From: Longimicrobiales bacterium
GTDB taxonomy: Bacteria > Gemmatimonadota > Gemmatimonadetes > Longimicrobiales > Gaopeijiaceae
DNA length: 64,000 bases
NCBI GenBank assembly: GCA_965204735.1
Contig: OZ242008.1
Span: 256,001 to 320,000 of the forward strand
Reading direction: 5' to 3'
Below the pieces are notes generated by a model, which worked only from the letters and a program-made list of their open reading frames with translations, was not told the DNA's origin and did not search any database. The position numbers were made by a program, and so were the translations under genes. Of this stretch, positions 21,231-28,559 are shown one piece after another (positions within the stretch are counted from its first letter, which is position 1; every line of letters starts with the position of its first letter).

Positions 21231-22533
21231 GGACCTTGCCGCCCGCCTGAAGCGGGTCGAGTCCCGGAACGTGACCTACCTGGGGCGTCGCGTGCCTTTC
21301 TGGACCGACGCCCAGGGGGTCCGGGTGCGGGACGCCACGGGCAGGAGCTTCCTGGACTTGACGGGGGCGTTCGGGGTCGCCTTCGCCGGGCATCGACATC
21401 CGCGCATCATGGACCGGATCGCCCGACAGGCGGAGCGACTGGTCCACGGGATGGGCGACGTGCATCCTCCGGCGGCAAAGGTGGCGTTCCTGGAAGCGCT
21501 GGCGGCCCGGATGCCTTGGCCGGAGACGCGGATCGTCCTGGGGCTGACCGGCTCCGACGCCGTGGAAGCCGCCTTCAAGACGGCCCACCTGGCGACGGGC
21601 CGGGCCGGGATCGTTGCCTTCGAGGGGAGCTACCACGGGCTCTCGCTGGGCGCGCTTGCCGCCACGCACCGAGACCACTTCCGCCGTCCCTTCGTGGAGA
21701 GGCTGACGCACCACGTGCGGTTCCTGCCCTTTCCGACCAGCGCCCACGAGGCGGAGCGGGTGCTGGAGCGGCTGGCCTGCGCGCTGGCGGGCGAGTCGGC
21801 CCTCGGCGACGGCGGCCGGCCTGCAACGGCCGACGGCCCGACGCCATCTCCCGTCGGCGCCGTGATCCTGGAGCCGATTCAGGGCCGCGCCGGGGTGCGG
21901 ACGCCTCCGGCGGGGTTTGCGCGGAGCGTCGCGGAGCGAACCAGAGCGGCGGGGGCGCTTCTGATTGCCGACGAGGTCTTCACGGGGATGGGACGAACGG
22001 GCGACTTGCTGGCGTGTGGAGGCGAGGCCGCGCCGGACCTTCTCTGCTTGGGCAAGCCTCTCGGCGGCGGCCTCCCCCTGTCGGCGTGCTGCGGACCGGC
22101 GGAGGTGATGGACGCCTGGCCGCCCTCGTCCGGCGAGGCCGTGCACACCAGCACCTTCCTGGGCCACCCGCTGGCGTGCGCGGCGGGGCTCGGGTTCCTT
22201 GAGACGCTGGACGCCGAAGGACTGGCCGCGCGTGCGGCGCGCCTCGGGAAGTGGACCGCCGAGTGCCTGAGGAATGCGCTGGCCGGATGCGGCTCGGTGA
22301 AGGAGGTGCGGGGCCGGGGACTCTTGCTGGGGGTCGAGCTGGACGGCCTCGCGGGGATTGCCGCGCGGGTCGCCGAGCGCGGAGTGGACCAGGGAGTGAT
22401 CGTGCTGCCGGCGGGGAAGGACGGTCGAGTCGTGCAAGTGACGCCGCCCGCTACGATCCGGAAGGAGGAGTTGGAAGAAGGCGTGGAGGCTCTGGCGGCC
22501 GCGGTGCGCTCCGTCAGCGGGTCAGCGGGCTGA
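21220..22533 (+). CDS. Class III PLP-dependent aminotransferase (GabT/ArgD-like)
   Basis: TGSDAVEAA, FEGSYHG, ILEPIQG, ADEVFTGMGRTG, GKPLGGGLP, HTSTFLGHP. Confidence 0.88.
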
Positions 22534-22812
22534 AGTGGCGAAGTCGATCCGTTCGGCCAGCTTCAAGTCCTTCTCGGTGACGCCGCCGGCGTCGTGGGTC
22601 GAGAGGGTGAGCCGCACCTTGTCGTACCGCACGTCGATGTCCGGGTGGTGATCGTGCTCGTCCGCCAGGGTCGCCACCCGGTTGACGAAGACGATCGAGG
22701 CACGGAACGACGGGAAGGCGAAACGCTTCCTGATGGCGTTCTCCCGAACCTTCCAGCCTTCACGAGCGTCCACCCAGCTCGCCACCTCCCCCTGGGAAAG
22801 TCTCTCGGCCAT
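22522..22812 (-). CDS. phhB: Pterin-4-alpha-carbinolamine dehydratase
   Basis: GAGGAG RBS; 96 aa with DHHPDI and LSTHDAGGVTEKD motifs. Confidence 0.9.
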   Translation of the reverse strand: MAERLSQGEVASWVDAREGWKVRENAIRKRFAFPSFRASIVFVNRVATLADEHDHHPDIDVRYDKVRLTLSTHDAGGVTEKDLKLAERIDFATSAR

Positions 22813-22905
22813 CGCGTGGTGCTCCTCTCGGATCGGGTCGGGGGACGTGCCCCCACGCATCCGAAGGTAACCCGGCAGGGCCGACCTGCAACCCGGCGCG
22901 TTCCG

Positions 22906-22995
22906 CCCGACCCTGCGCGACCGTGGAGGAACCCGTGTGCGTGCCCACCTCCTCGACCCCCGACGGACCCGACCCTGCGCGACCGTGGAGGAACC
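22906..22995. repeat. Two identical 28-bp direct repeats separated by 34 bp
   Basis: CCCGACCCTGCGCGACCGTGGAGGAACC at 22906-22933 and 22968-22995. Confidence 0.85.
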
Positions 22996-23082
22996 GGCCC
23001 GTTCCGATGGCATGGTCCTGCCCGTGGGGCTTCGGTGGCGCGGTCCCCTCGGGCCATCCGCTGGGCGGTCCCCTCGGGGGGG

Positions 23083-23111
23083 TTGACGCCCCTCCCAACT
23101 TTTCCCATCTT
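23083..23111 (+). promoter_or_regulatory. Putative sigma70 promoter of the tRNA array
   Basis: TTGACG (23083-23088), 17 nt, CATCTT (23106-23111), 11 nt before the first tRNA. Confidence 0.55.
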
Positions 23112-23122
23112 CAAGTTCTCGT

Positions 23123-23196
<74 letters not shown>

Positions 23197-23352
23197 TGAC
23201 TCCAGCGAACACGACGCCAAAGGGCGCTTCGGGCCGTCGCCTTCGGGCGGCGATGTCCTGCGCACGCCGGCCAGGCCGTCGGCAGGGGACCTCCGGGTCC
23301 GTTGCCGGATCGGACCGGTCGGTTTTTTGTCGGCGGGTCCCACGGAGCCCGA

Positions 23353-23425
23353 GGCCAGGTAGCTCAGTTGGTAGAGCACGCGACTGAAAATCGCGGTGTC
23401 GGCGGTTCAATTCCGCCCCTGGCCA
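23353..23425 (+). tRNA. tRNA-Phe (GAA)
   Basis: GGCCAGG/CCTGGCC acceptor; loop CT-GAA-AA; GTTCAATT T loop. Confidence 0.93.
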
Positions 23426-23437
23426 TTCCGAAGCCAC

Positions 23438-23511
23438 AGGTCCGTAGCTCAATTTGGTAGAGCACCGGTCTCCAAAACCGGCGGTTGGGGGTTCGAGTCC
23501 CTCCGGGCCTG
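23438..23511 (+). tRNA. tRNA-Trp (CCA)
   Basis: AGGTCCG/CGGGCCT acceptor; CCGGT-CT-CCA-AA-ACCGG. Confidence 0.93.
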
Positions 23512-23559
23512 CTGTCGCCACAGGGGCGACGGTCGCGAGACACGAGACACAAAGGAGAC

Positions 23560-23631
23560 GCCCTCATCGTCTAACGGTCAGGACACCACTCTTTCAAGGT
23601 GGAGATCGGGGTTCGATTCCCCGTGAGGGTA
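23560..23631 (+). tRNA. tRNA-Glu (TTC)
   Basis: GCCCTCA/TGAGGGT acceptor; CCACT-CT-TTC-AA-GGTGG. Confidence 0.92.
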
Positions 23632-23663
23632 TGGGGTCGCCGGTCGGACCCCCGGCTGGTCCA

Positions 23664-23738
23664 GGGGCTGTAGCTCAGTTTGGTTAGAGTGCCGGTCTGT
23701 CACACCGGAGGCCGCGGGTTCGAGTCCCGTCAGCCCCG
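23664..23738 (+). tRNA. tRNA-Asp (GTC)
   Basis: GGGGCTG/CAGCCCC acceptor; CCGGT-CT-GTC-AC-ACCGG. Confidence 0.93.
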
Positions 23739-23795
23739 CTGCTGGACTTTGACAATCAGGGTCGTGGAGCACTTCCGGCTCACGTTCGCAACGCT

Positions 23796-23868
23796 GGGGC
23801 CGTAGCTCAGTTGGGAGAGCGCCTGAATGGCATTCAGGAGGTCAGGGGTTCGACTCCCCTCGGCTCCA
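23796..23868 (+). tRNA. tRNA-Ala (GGC)
   Basis: GGGGCCG/CGGCTCC acceptor with G3:U70; CCTGA-AT-GGC-AT-TCAGG. Confidence 0.93.
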
Positions 23869-23894
23869 CTGCGACTGGCCGGTACGCCGGCCGA

Positions 23895-23978
<84 letters not shown>

Positions 23979-23999
23979 TTGCGAGCCGGACGGCAACTT

Positions 24000-24083
24000 G
24001 CCCACGTGCTGGAATTGGTAGACAGGCTGGTTTGAGGGACCAGTGTTCGAAAGGACGTACAGGTTCGAGTCCTGTCGTGGGCA
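24000..24083 (+). tRNA. tRNA-Leu (GAG)
   Basis: GCCCACG/CGTGGGC acceptor; CTGGT-TT-GAG-GG-ACCAG; long variable arm. Confidence 0.92.
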
Positions 24084-24090
24084 TCGGAGC

Positions 24091-24164
24091 GCGCCCGTAG
24101 CTCAATTGGATAGAGTACCTGACTACGGATCAGGGGGTTGGGGGTTCGAGTCCTCCCGGGCGCA
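24091..24164 (+). tRNA. tRNA-Arg (ACG)
   Basis: GCGCCCG/CGGGCGC acceptor; CCTGA-CT-ACG-GA-TCAGG. Confidence 0.93.
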
Positions 24165-24211
24165 CTTATGGGGAATCGGGGCGACGAAGCGGGAAGCGGG
24201 AGTTCTCGGCC

Positions 24212-24285
24212 GGGCGCGTAGCTCAGTTGGTTAGAGTGCCACGTTGACATCGTGGAGGTCACAGGTTCGAGTCCTGTCGCGCCCA
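24212..24285 (+). tRNA. tRNA-Val (GAC)
   Basis: GGGCGCG/CGCGCCC acceptor; CCACG-TT-GAC-AT-CGTGG. Confidence 0.93.
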
Positions 24286-24298
24286 CTGTCCTTGAGTC

Positions 24299-24371
24299 GG
24301 GGCCGTAGCTCAGTTGGGAGAGCGCAGCGTTCGCAACGCTGAGGTCAGGGGTTCGACTCCCCTCGGCTCCA
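24299..24371 (+). tRNA. tRNA-Ala (CGC)
   Basis: Identical to Ala(GGC) outside the anticodon arm; CAGCG-TT-CGC-AA-CGCTG. Confidence 0.93.
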
Positions 24372-24452
24372 TTGTTCGTCCTCAAGTCCGACTTGGCGGG
24401 CGATGGAGGGTTGTGCCGATCCGCCCGCCTCTGGCGGACCGAAGGAAAGATT

Positions 24453-24525
24453 GCCACCGTAGCTCAGCTGGTAGAGCACGTCACTCGTAATGACGGGGTC
24501 GTCGGTTCGAGTCCGACCGGTGGCT
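24453..24525 (+). tRNA. tRNA-Thr (CGT)
   Basis: GCCACCG/CGGTGGC acceptor; CGTCA-CT-CGT-AA-TGACG. Confidence 0.93.
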
Positions 24526-24541
24526 CTGGAGCAGGTTTGCT

Positions 24542-24614
24542 AGCCCCGTGGTGTAACTGGCAACACGTCTGACTCTGGATCAGAAGAGTCCTGGTTCGAG
24601 CCCAGGCGGGGCTA
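24542..24614 (+). tRNA. tRNA-Gln (CTG)
   Basis: AGCCCCG/CGGGGCT acceptor; TCTGA-CT-CTG-GA-TCAGA. Confidence 0.92.
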
Positions 24615-24617
24615 CTC

Positions 24618-24702
24618 GGAGGGATGGCTGAGCGGCTAAAAGCGGCGCCCTGCTAAGGCGTTGGTCCATTGGGCCACGTGGGTTCGAATCCCACTCCCTC
24701 CG
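24618..24702 (+). tRNA. tRNA-Ser (GCT)
   Basis: GGAGGGA/TCCCTCC acceptor, G discriminator; GCGCC-CT-GCT-AA-GGCGT; long variable arm. Confidence 0.92.
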
Positions 24703-24828
24703 CTGGAGCGAAGCGAAGCGGTGGGCGTGGGGTTCGAGGTTCGAGCCGAAGGGGGTCGGGCCGGAGGGCCGAGCCCCGGAGACGGTCGGCGGGAGCCGGC
24801 CCATCCCACTCCCTCCGCTGGAGCGAAG
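24688..24828 (+). repeat. tRNA-linked repeat: 26-bp duplication of the tRNA-Ser(GCT) 3' end and trailer, period 115 bp
   Basis: ATCCCACTCCCTCCGCTGGAGCGAAG at 24688-24713 and 24803-24828. Confidence 0.88.
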
Positions 24829-24912
24829 GACGGGTGGCCGAGCGGCTTAAGGCGCACGACTGGAAATCGTGTGGGCATCTTGCCCGCGTGGGTTCGAATC
24901 CCACCCCGTCCG
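24828..24912 (+). tRNA. tRNA-Ser (GGA)
   Basis: GGACGGG/CCCGTCC acceptor; CACGA-CT-GGA-AA-TCGTG; variable arm GGGCA-TCT-TGCCC. Confidence 0.93.
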
Positions 24913-24923
24913 TCGAAAATCAG

Positions 24924-24997
24924 CGGGGCGTGGCTCAGTCCGGTAGAGCGCTGCGTTCGGGTCGCAGAGGTCCCCGGTTCGAATCCGGGCGCCCCGA
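24924..24997 (+). tRNA. tRNA-Pro (CGG)
   Basis: CGGGGCG/CGCCCCG acceptor; CTGCG-TT-CGG-GT-CGCAG. Confidence 0.93.
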
Positions 24998-25023
24998 TTC
25001 TGATTCTGCATCCACGACACCTG

Positions 25024-25107
25024 GGAGGCGTAGTCCTAACTGGTAAGGCACCGCACTCGAAATGCGGCGTGCGCAAGCACTTGGGGGTTCGAGTCCCTCC
25101 GCCTCCG
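25024..25107 (+). tRNA. tRNA-Ser (CGA)
   Basis: GGAGGCG/CGCCTCC acceptor; CCGCA-CT-CGA-AA-TGCGG; variable arm GTGC-GCAA-GCAC. Confidence 0.9.
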
Positions 25108-25145
25108 TTCAACCCCGCCTTCTCCTCCGCGAGGGCCCGGGCCTC

Positions 25146-27365
25146 TTGAAGCAAGTCCTCCAGTCCTACCGGACCGGCGAGCTGTGGGTCGCCGACGTGC
25201 CGGCCCCCAAGTGCTCGCCGGACGGGGTCCTCGTTCGCACCCGGTACAGCCTGATCTCGGCCGGCACGGAACGGACGATGACGGAGCTGGCGAGGAAGAA
25301 CCTCGTGGCCAAGGCCCGGGCGCGGCCCGACCTGGTCCGCCGAGTCGTGACCAAGGCTCGGTCGGAAGGGATCAAGCCGACGGTCGAGAAGGTCTTCGCC
25401 AAGCTGGACGAACCCGTCGCACTCGGGTACTCGGCAGCCGGCGAAGTGGTCGAAGCAGGTCCCGACGCCGGCGTTCTCAAGCCTGGCGACCGAGTGGCCG
25501 CGGCGGGAGGCGGCTACGCCAGCCACGCCGAGTTCAACTCCGTCCCCCGCAACCTCTGCGTCCGGATCCCCGACGGCGTATCCACCGCCGACGCCGCTTT
25601 CACGACACTGGGAGCGATTGCCCTGCAGGGAGTCCGCCAAGCGAACCCGCTGCTGGGCGAGCGGGTGGTGGTCGTGGGTCTGGGGCTGGTGGGACTGCTC
25701 ACGGTCCAGATGCTCAAGGCCAACGGGTGCGCGGTGCTGGGCGTCGACCTGAACGAAGCCCGCGCCCGCCTTGCCGAAGCGTTGGGCGCCGACATGGCGG
25801 CGACCGGCGACGTGGAAGAGGCCTGCGAAGCATTCACCGGCGGACGCGGCGCCGACGCCGTGATCATTGCCGCCGCCACGTCCGGAAACGGCCCCATCGA
25901 GGTTGCGGCCGACGTGTCGCGCCAGAAGGGCCGCGTCGTGGCCGTCGGATCCGTGGGGCTGAACGTCCCTCGGGACGCCTTCTACCGGAAGGAGCTGGAT
26001 CTGCGGCTTTCCATGTCCTACGGCCCCGGGCGGTACGACGCGAGCTACGAGGAGGGCGGGACCGACTACCCGTTCCCGTACGTTCGCTTTACCGAGCAGC
26101 GCAACATGGAGAGCTTCCTGTACCTCGTGCAGCAGGGAAGGGCGACTCCCGAGGCGCTGGTCACCCACACGCTCCCCTTCGAGAACGCGCTGGAGGGGTA
26201 CGCGCTGCTGGAGAAGACCGCCGAGGGCTCCGACGTGCGCAGCCCCGGTCCTCTGGGAGTCCTCCTGAAGTACGGGGAGGCAGCCGACTCCGCGGCTTCG
26301 GTCAGCCTTGCCGGCACGGCGTCCGATCAGCAACGGCACCGGACTTCGGCGACAGCGTCCTCCCGGTCCGTCGGCGCACGCACGATCGGCGTAGGCTTCC
26401 TCGGCGCCGGCGCCTTTGCCCGCAGCGTGCTGCTGCCCCGGCTGGCCAGAACGAAGCGCGCCGCTCTGACCAGCGTGTGCACGGCCACGGGCCGGAGCGC
26501 CCGTCAAGCAGGCGAGCGGTTCGGCTTCGCGACCGCCGCCACCGACATGAACGCGGTCCTGAACGACCCCGACACCGACGCCGTGTTCGTGGCCACCCGC
26601 CACGACTCTCACGCTTCCCTGGCGGCGGCAGCGCTGCGGGCCGGCAAGCACGTCTTCGTGGAGAAGCCCCTGTGCATCCGAGAAGCTGAACTGGAGGAAG
26701 TCGCGTCGGCGCTGGAGGACGCTCGGGCCGCCGGCCTTCGGCCCTGCCTGACGGTCGGCTTCAACCGCCGCTTTTCGCCTCACGCCCTGGCGCTGCGCGC
26801 GGCCTTCGCCGAAAGGCGCGCACCGCTCGCGGTCAGCTATCGGGTCAACGCGGGCGCCGTGCCGGCCGACCACTGGGTTCTCGATCCTGCCGTCGGGGGC
26901 GGCCGTCTGATCGGGGAGGCGTGCCACTTCGTGGACTTCTGCAACGCGCTGATCGCGAGCGAGCCCGTCTCGGTGGCAGCTGCCGCCCTGTCCGAGGACC
27001 GCCCGGGAACCGCGCCGCCGGACTCGGTGGCCCTGACCATCGAGTACGCCGACGGCTCGCTGGCAGCGATCCAGTACTTGGCCGGAGGTCACAGGCAAAT
27101 GCCGAAGGAGCGCTGCGAGGTCTTCGCGGGGGGTCGGAGCGCGGTGTTGGCCGACTTCAGGTCCACGACCTTCTACGGGGGAGGCCGGGGCGTGCGGGGC
27201 AAGCAGGACAAGGGGTTCGACGGAGAGTTGCGAGCTTTCCTGGACGCATGCCGGGATCGGGGCCCGTGGCCGATTCGGTGGGACGAGATCGCGGCAACTC
27301 ATCGCGTGTGCTTCGCCGCGATGCGGAGCTTGGGGAACGGCCGGCGGATTCCGCTGGGGCCGTGA
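25146..27365 (+). CDS. Bi-domain oxidoreductase (MDR/Zn-dehydrogenase-like + Gfo/Idh/MocA), polysaccharide-associated type
   Basis: TTG start (LKQVLQSYRTG); ISAGTE, LGYS, GLGLVG, SYGPGRYD; second Rossmann GAGAF, HVFVEKP, GFNRRF. Confidence 0.87.
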   Translation: MKQVLQSYRTGELWVADVPAPKCSPDGVLVRTRYSLISAGTERTMTELARKNLVAKARARPDLVRRVVTKARSEGIKPTVEKVFAKLDEPVALGYSAAGEVVEAGPDAGVLKPGDRVAAAGGGYASHAEFNSVPRNLCVRIPDGVSTADAAFTTLGAIALQGVRQANPLLGERVVVVGLGLVGLLTVQMLKANGCAVLGVDLNEARARLAEALGADMAATGDVEEACEAFTGGRGADAVIIAAATSGNGPIEVAADVSRQKGRVVAVGSVGLNVPRDAFYRKELDLRLSMSYGPGRYDASYEEGGTDYPFPYVRFTEQRNMESFLYLVQQGRATPEALVTHTLPFENALEGYALLEKTAEGSDVRSPGPLGVLLKYGEAADSAASVSLAGTASDQQRHRTSATASSRSVGARTIGVGFLGAGAFARSVLLPRLARTKRAALTSVCTATGRSARQAGERFGFATAATDMNAVLNDPDTDAVFVATRHDSHASLAAAALRAGKHVFVEKPLCIREAELEEVASALEDARAAGLRPCLTVGFNRRFSPHALALRAAFAERRAPLAVSYRVNAGAVPADHWVLDPAVGGGRLIGEACHFVDFCNALIASEPVSVAAAALSEDRPGTAPPDSVALTIEYADGSLAAIQYLAGGHRQMPKERCEVFAGGRSAVLADFRSTTFYGGGRGVRGKQDKGFDGELRAFLDACRDRGPWPIRWDEIAATHRVCFAAMRSLGNGRRIPLGP

Positions 27366-28528
27366 GCAACCCACAGCGCCGACGGGCGACTTCGCTTCAG
27401 GCCGTCCGCGGCCGCCTTCGGGTCCTCAGCGTCGTGGGGGCGAGGCCCAACTTCGTGAAGGCCGCGTCGCTGGTGGCCGCGTACCGGGGCTGCGAATGGA
27501 TCGATCCCGTGCTGGTCCATACGGGACAGCACTACGACGAGGCCATGAGCGCCAGCTTCTTTCGGGACTTGGAGCTGCCCCGGCCCGCCGTGGACCTGGG
27601 AGTGGGATCGGGGAGCCACGCCACGCAAACCGCCGAGATCATGAAGACCTTCGAAGCGGCGGCGCTGGAGCTCCGGCCCGACGTCGTCCTGGTGTTCGGG
27701 GACGTGAACAGCACGATCGCCTGCGGATTGGTGGCCGCGAAGCGCGGGATCCCGCTGGCGCACGTCGAGGCGGGGTTGCGGAGCGGAGATCGGACGATGC
27801 CCGAGGAGATCAATCGCGTCCTCACCGACGCCATCAGCGACCTTCTCTTCTGCACCGAGCATGCCGGCGTGGAGAACTTGGCCCGGGAAGGGGTCGCCGG
27901 CGACCGTGTCTTCCTGGTGGGCAACACAATGGTCGACACGCTGCTGCGTTGCCGCGACCGGTCCAGGGCTTCGGGCGTGCTGGAGGAGCTGGGCCTGCCG
28001 GCCGCGGGCGAGGACGGCGACGGATACGCGGTGGCGACGCTTCATCGACCCTCGAACGTGGACGACCGGCGAACGCTCGCTGGGATTCTCGACGCCTTCG
28101 AGGAGTTGCGGGCCGACCTGCCGATCGTCCTGCCCCTCCACCCCCGTCTTCGGAAGACGCTGGCCCGCTTCGGCCTGGAGCGGCGGGTCGCGGCGACCCG
28201 TGTGCGCACCACGGAACCGTTGGGCTACTTGGACTTTCTCAAGCTGGTGGACAACGCCCGGGTCGTGCTCACCGACTCGGGGGGGCTGCAAGAAGAGACC
28301 ACGGCGCTGGGCGTGCCCTGCGTCACCCTCCGGGAGAACACGGAACGCCCAGTCACCGTCGAAGCGGGCACCAACCGGCTGGCCGGGACGAGTCCGGGCC
28401 GAATTGTGACGGCTTGCCGCGACGCGCTGGCCGAGTCGGTCGGGAGCGAAGCACGCTCGTCGCCGCCGCTGTGGGACGGACGGGCCGGCGAAAGGATCGT
28501 GGCGGTGCTGAAGGAAAGGCTGGCCTAG
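27362..28528 (+). CDS. wecB: UDP-N-acetylglucosamine 2-epimerase (non-hydrolysing)
   Basis: GARPNFVK, HTGQHYD, HVEAGLRS, PEEINR, TDSGGLQEE, RENTERP; GTGA overlap. Confidence 0.93.
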   Translation: MSNPQRRRATSLQAVRGRLRVLSVVGARPNFVKAASLVAAYRGCEWIDPVLVHTGQHYDEAMSASFFRDLELPRPAVDLGVGSGSHATQTAEIMKTFEAAALELRPDVVLVFGDVNSTIACGLVAAKRGIPLAHVEAGLRSGDRTMPEEINRVLTDAISDLLFCTEHAGVENLAREGVAGDRVFLVGNTMVDTLLRCRDRSRASGVLEELGLPAAGEDGDGYAVATLHRPSNVDDRRTLAGILDAFEELRADLPIVLPLHPRLRKTLARFGLERRVAATRVRTTEPLGYLDFLKLVDNARVVLTDSGGLQEETTALGVPCVTLRENTERPVTVEAGTNRLAGTSPGRIVTACRDALAESVGSEARSSPPLWDGRAGERIVAVLKERLA

Positions 28529-28559
28529 CTGCAAGGGTGGCGGGCCGGGCGCCGCCGGC

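Noticed and set aside
24688..24828. Prophage or ICE attL/attR pair
   Set aside because: Only 89 bp between the repeats and no integrase in the window; retained only as a tRNA-linked repeat.
25024..25107. tRNA-Ser(CGA) as a selenocysteine or recoding tRNA
   Set aside because: Normal 7-bp acceptor stem, CGA anticodon and G discriminator; only the D arm is slightly irregular.
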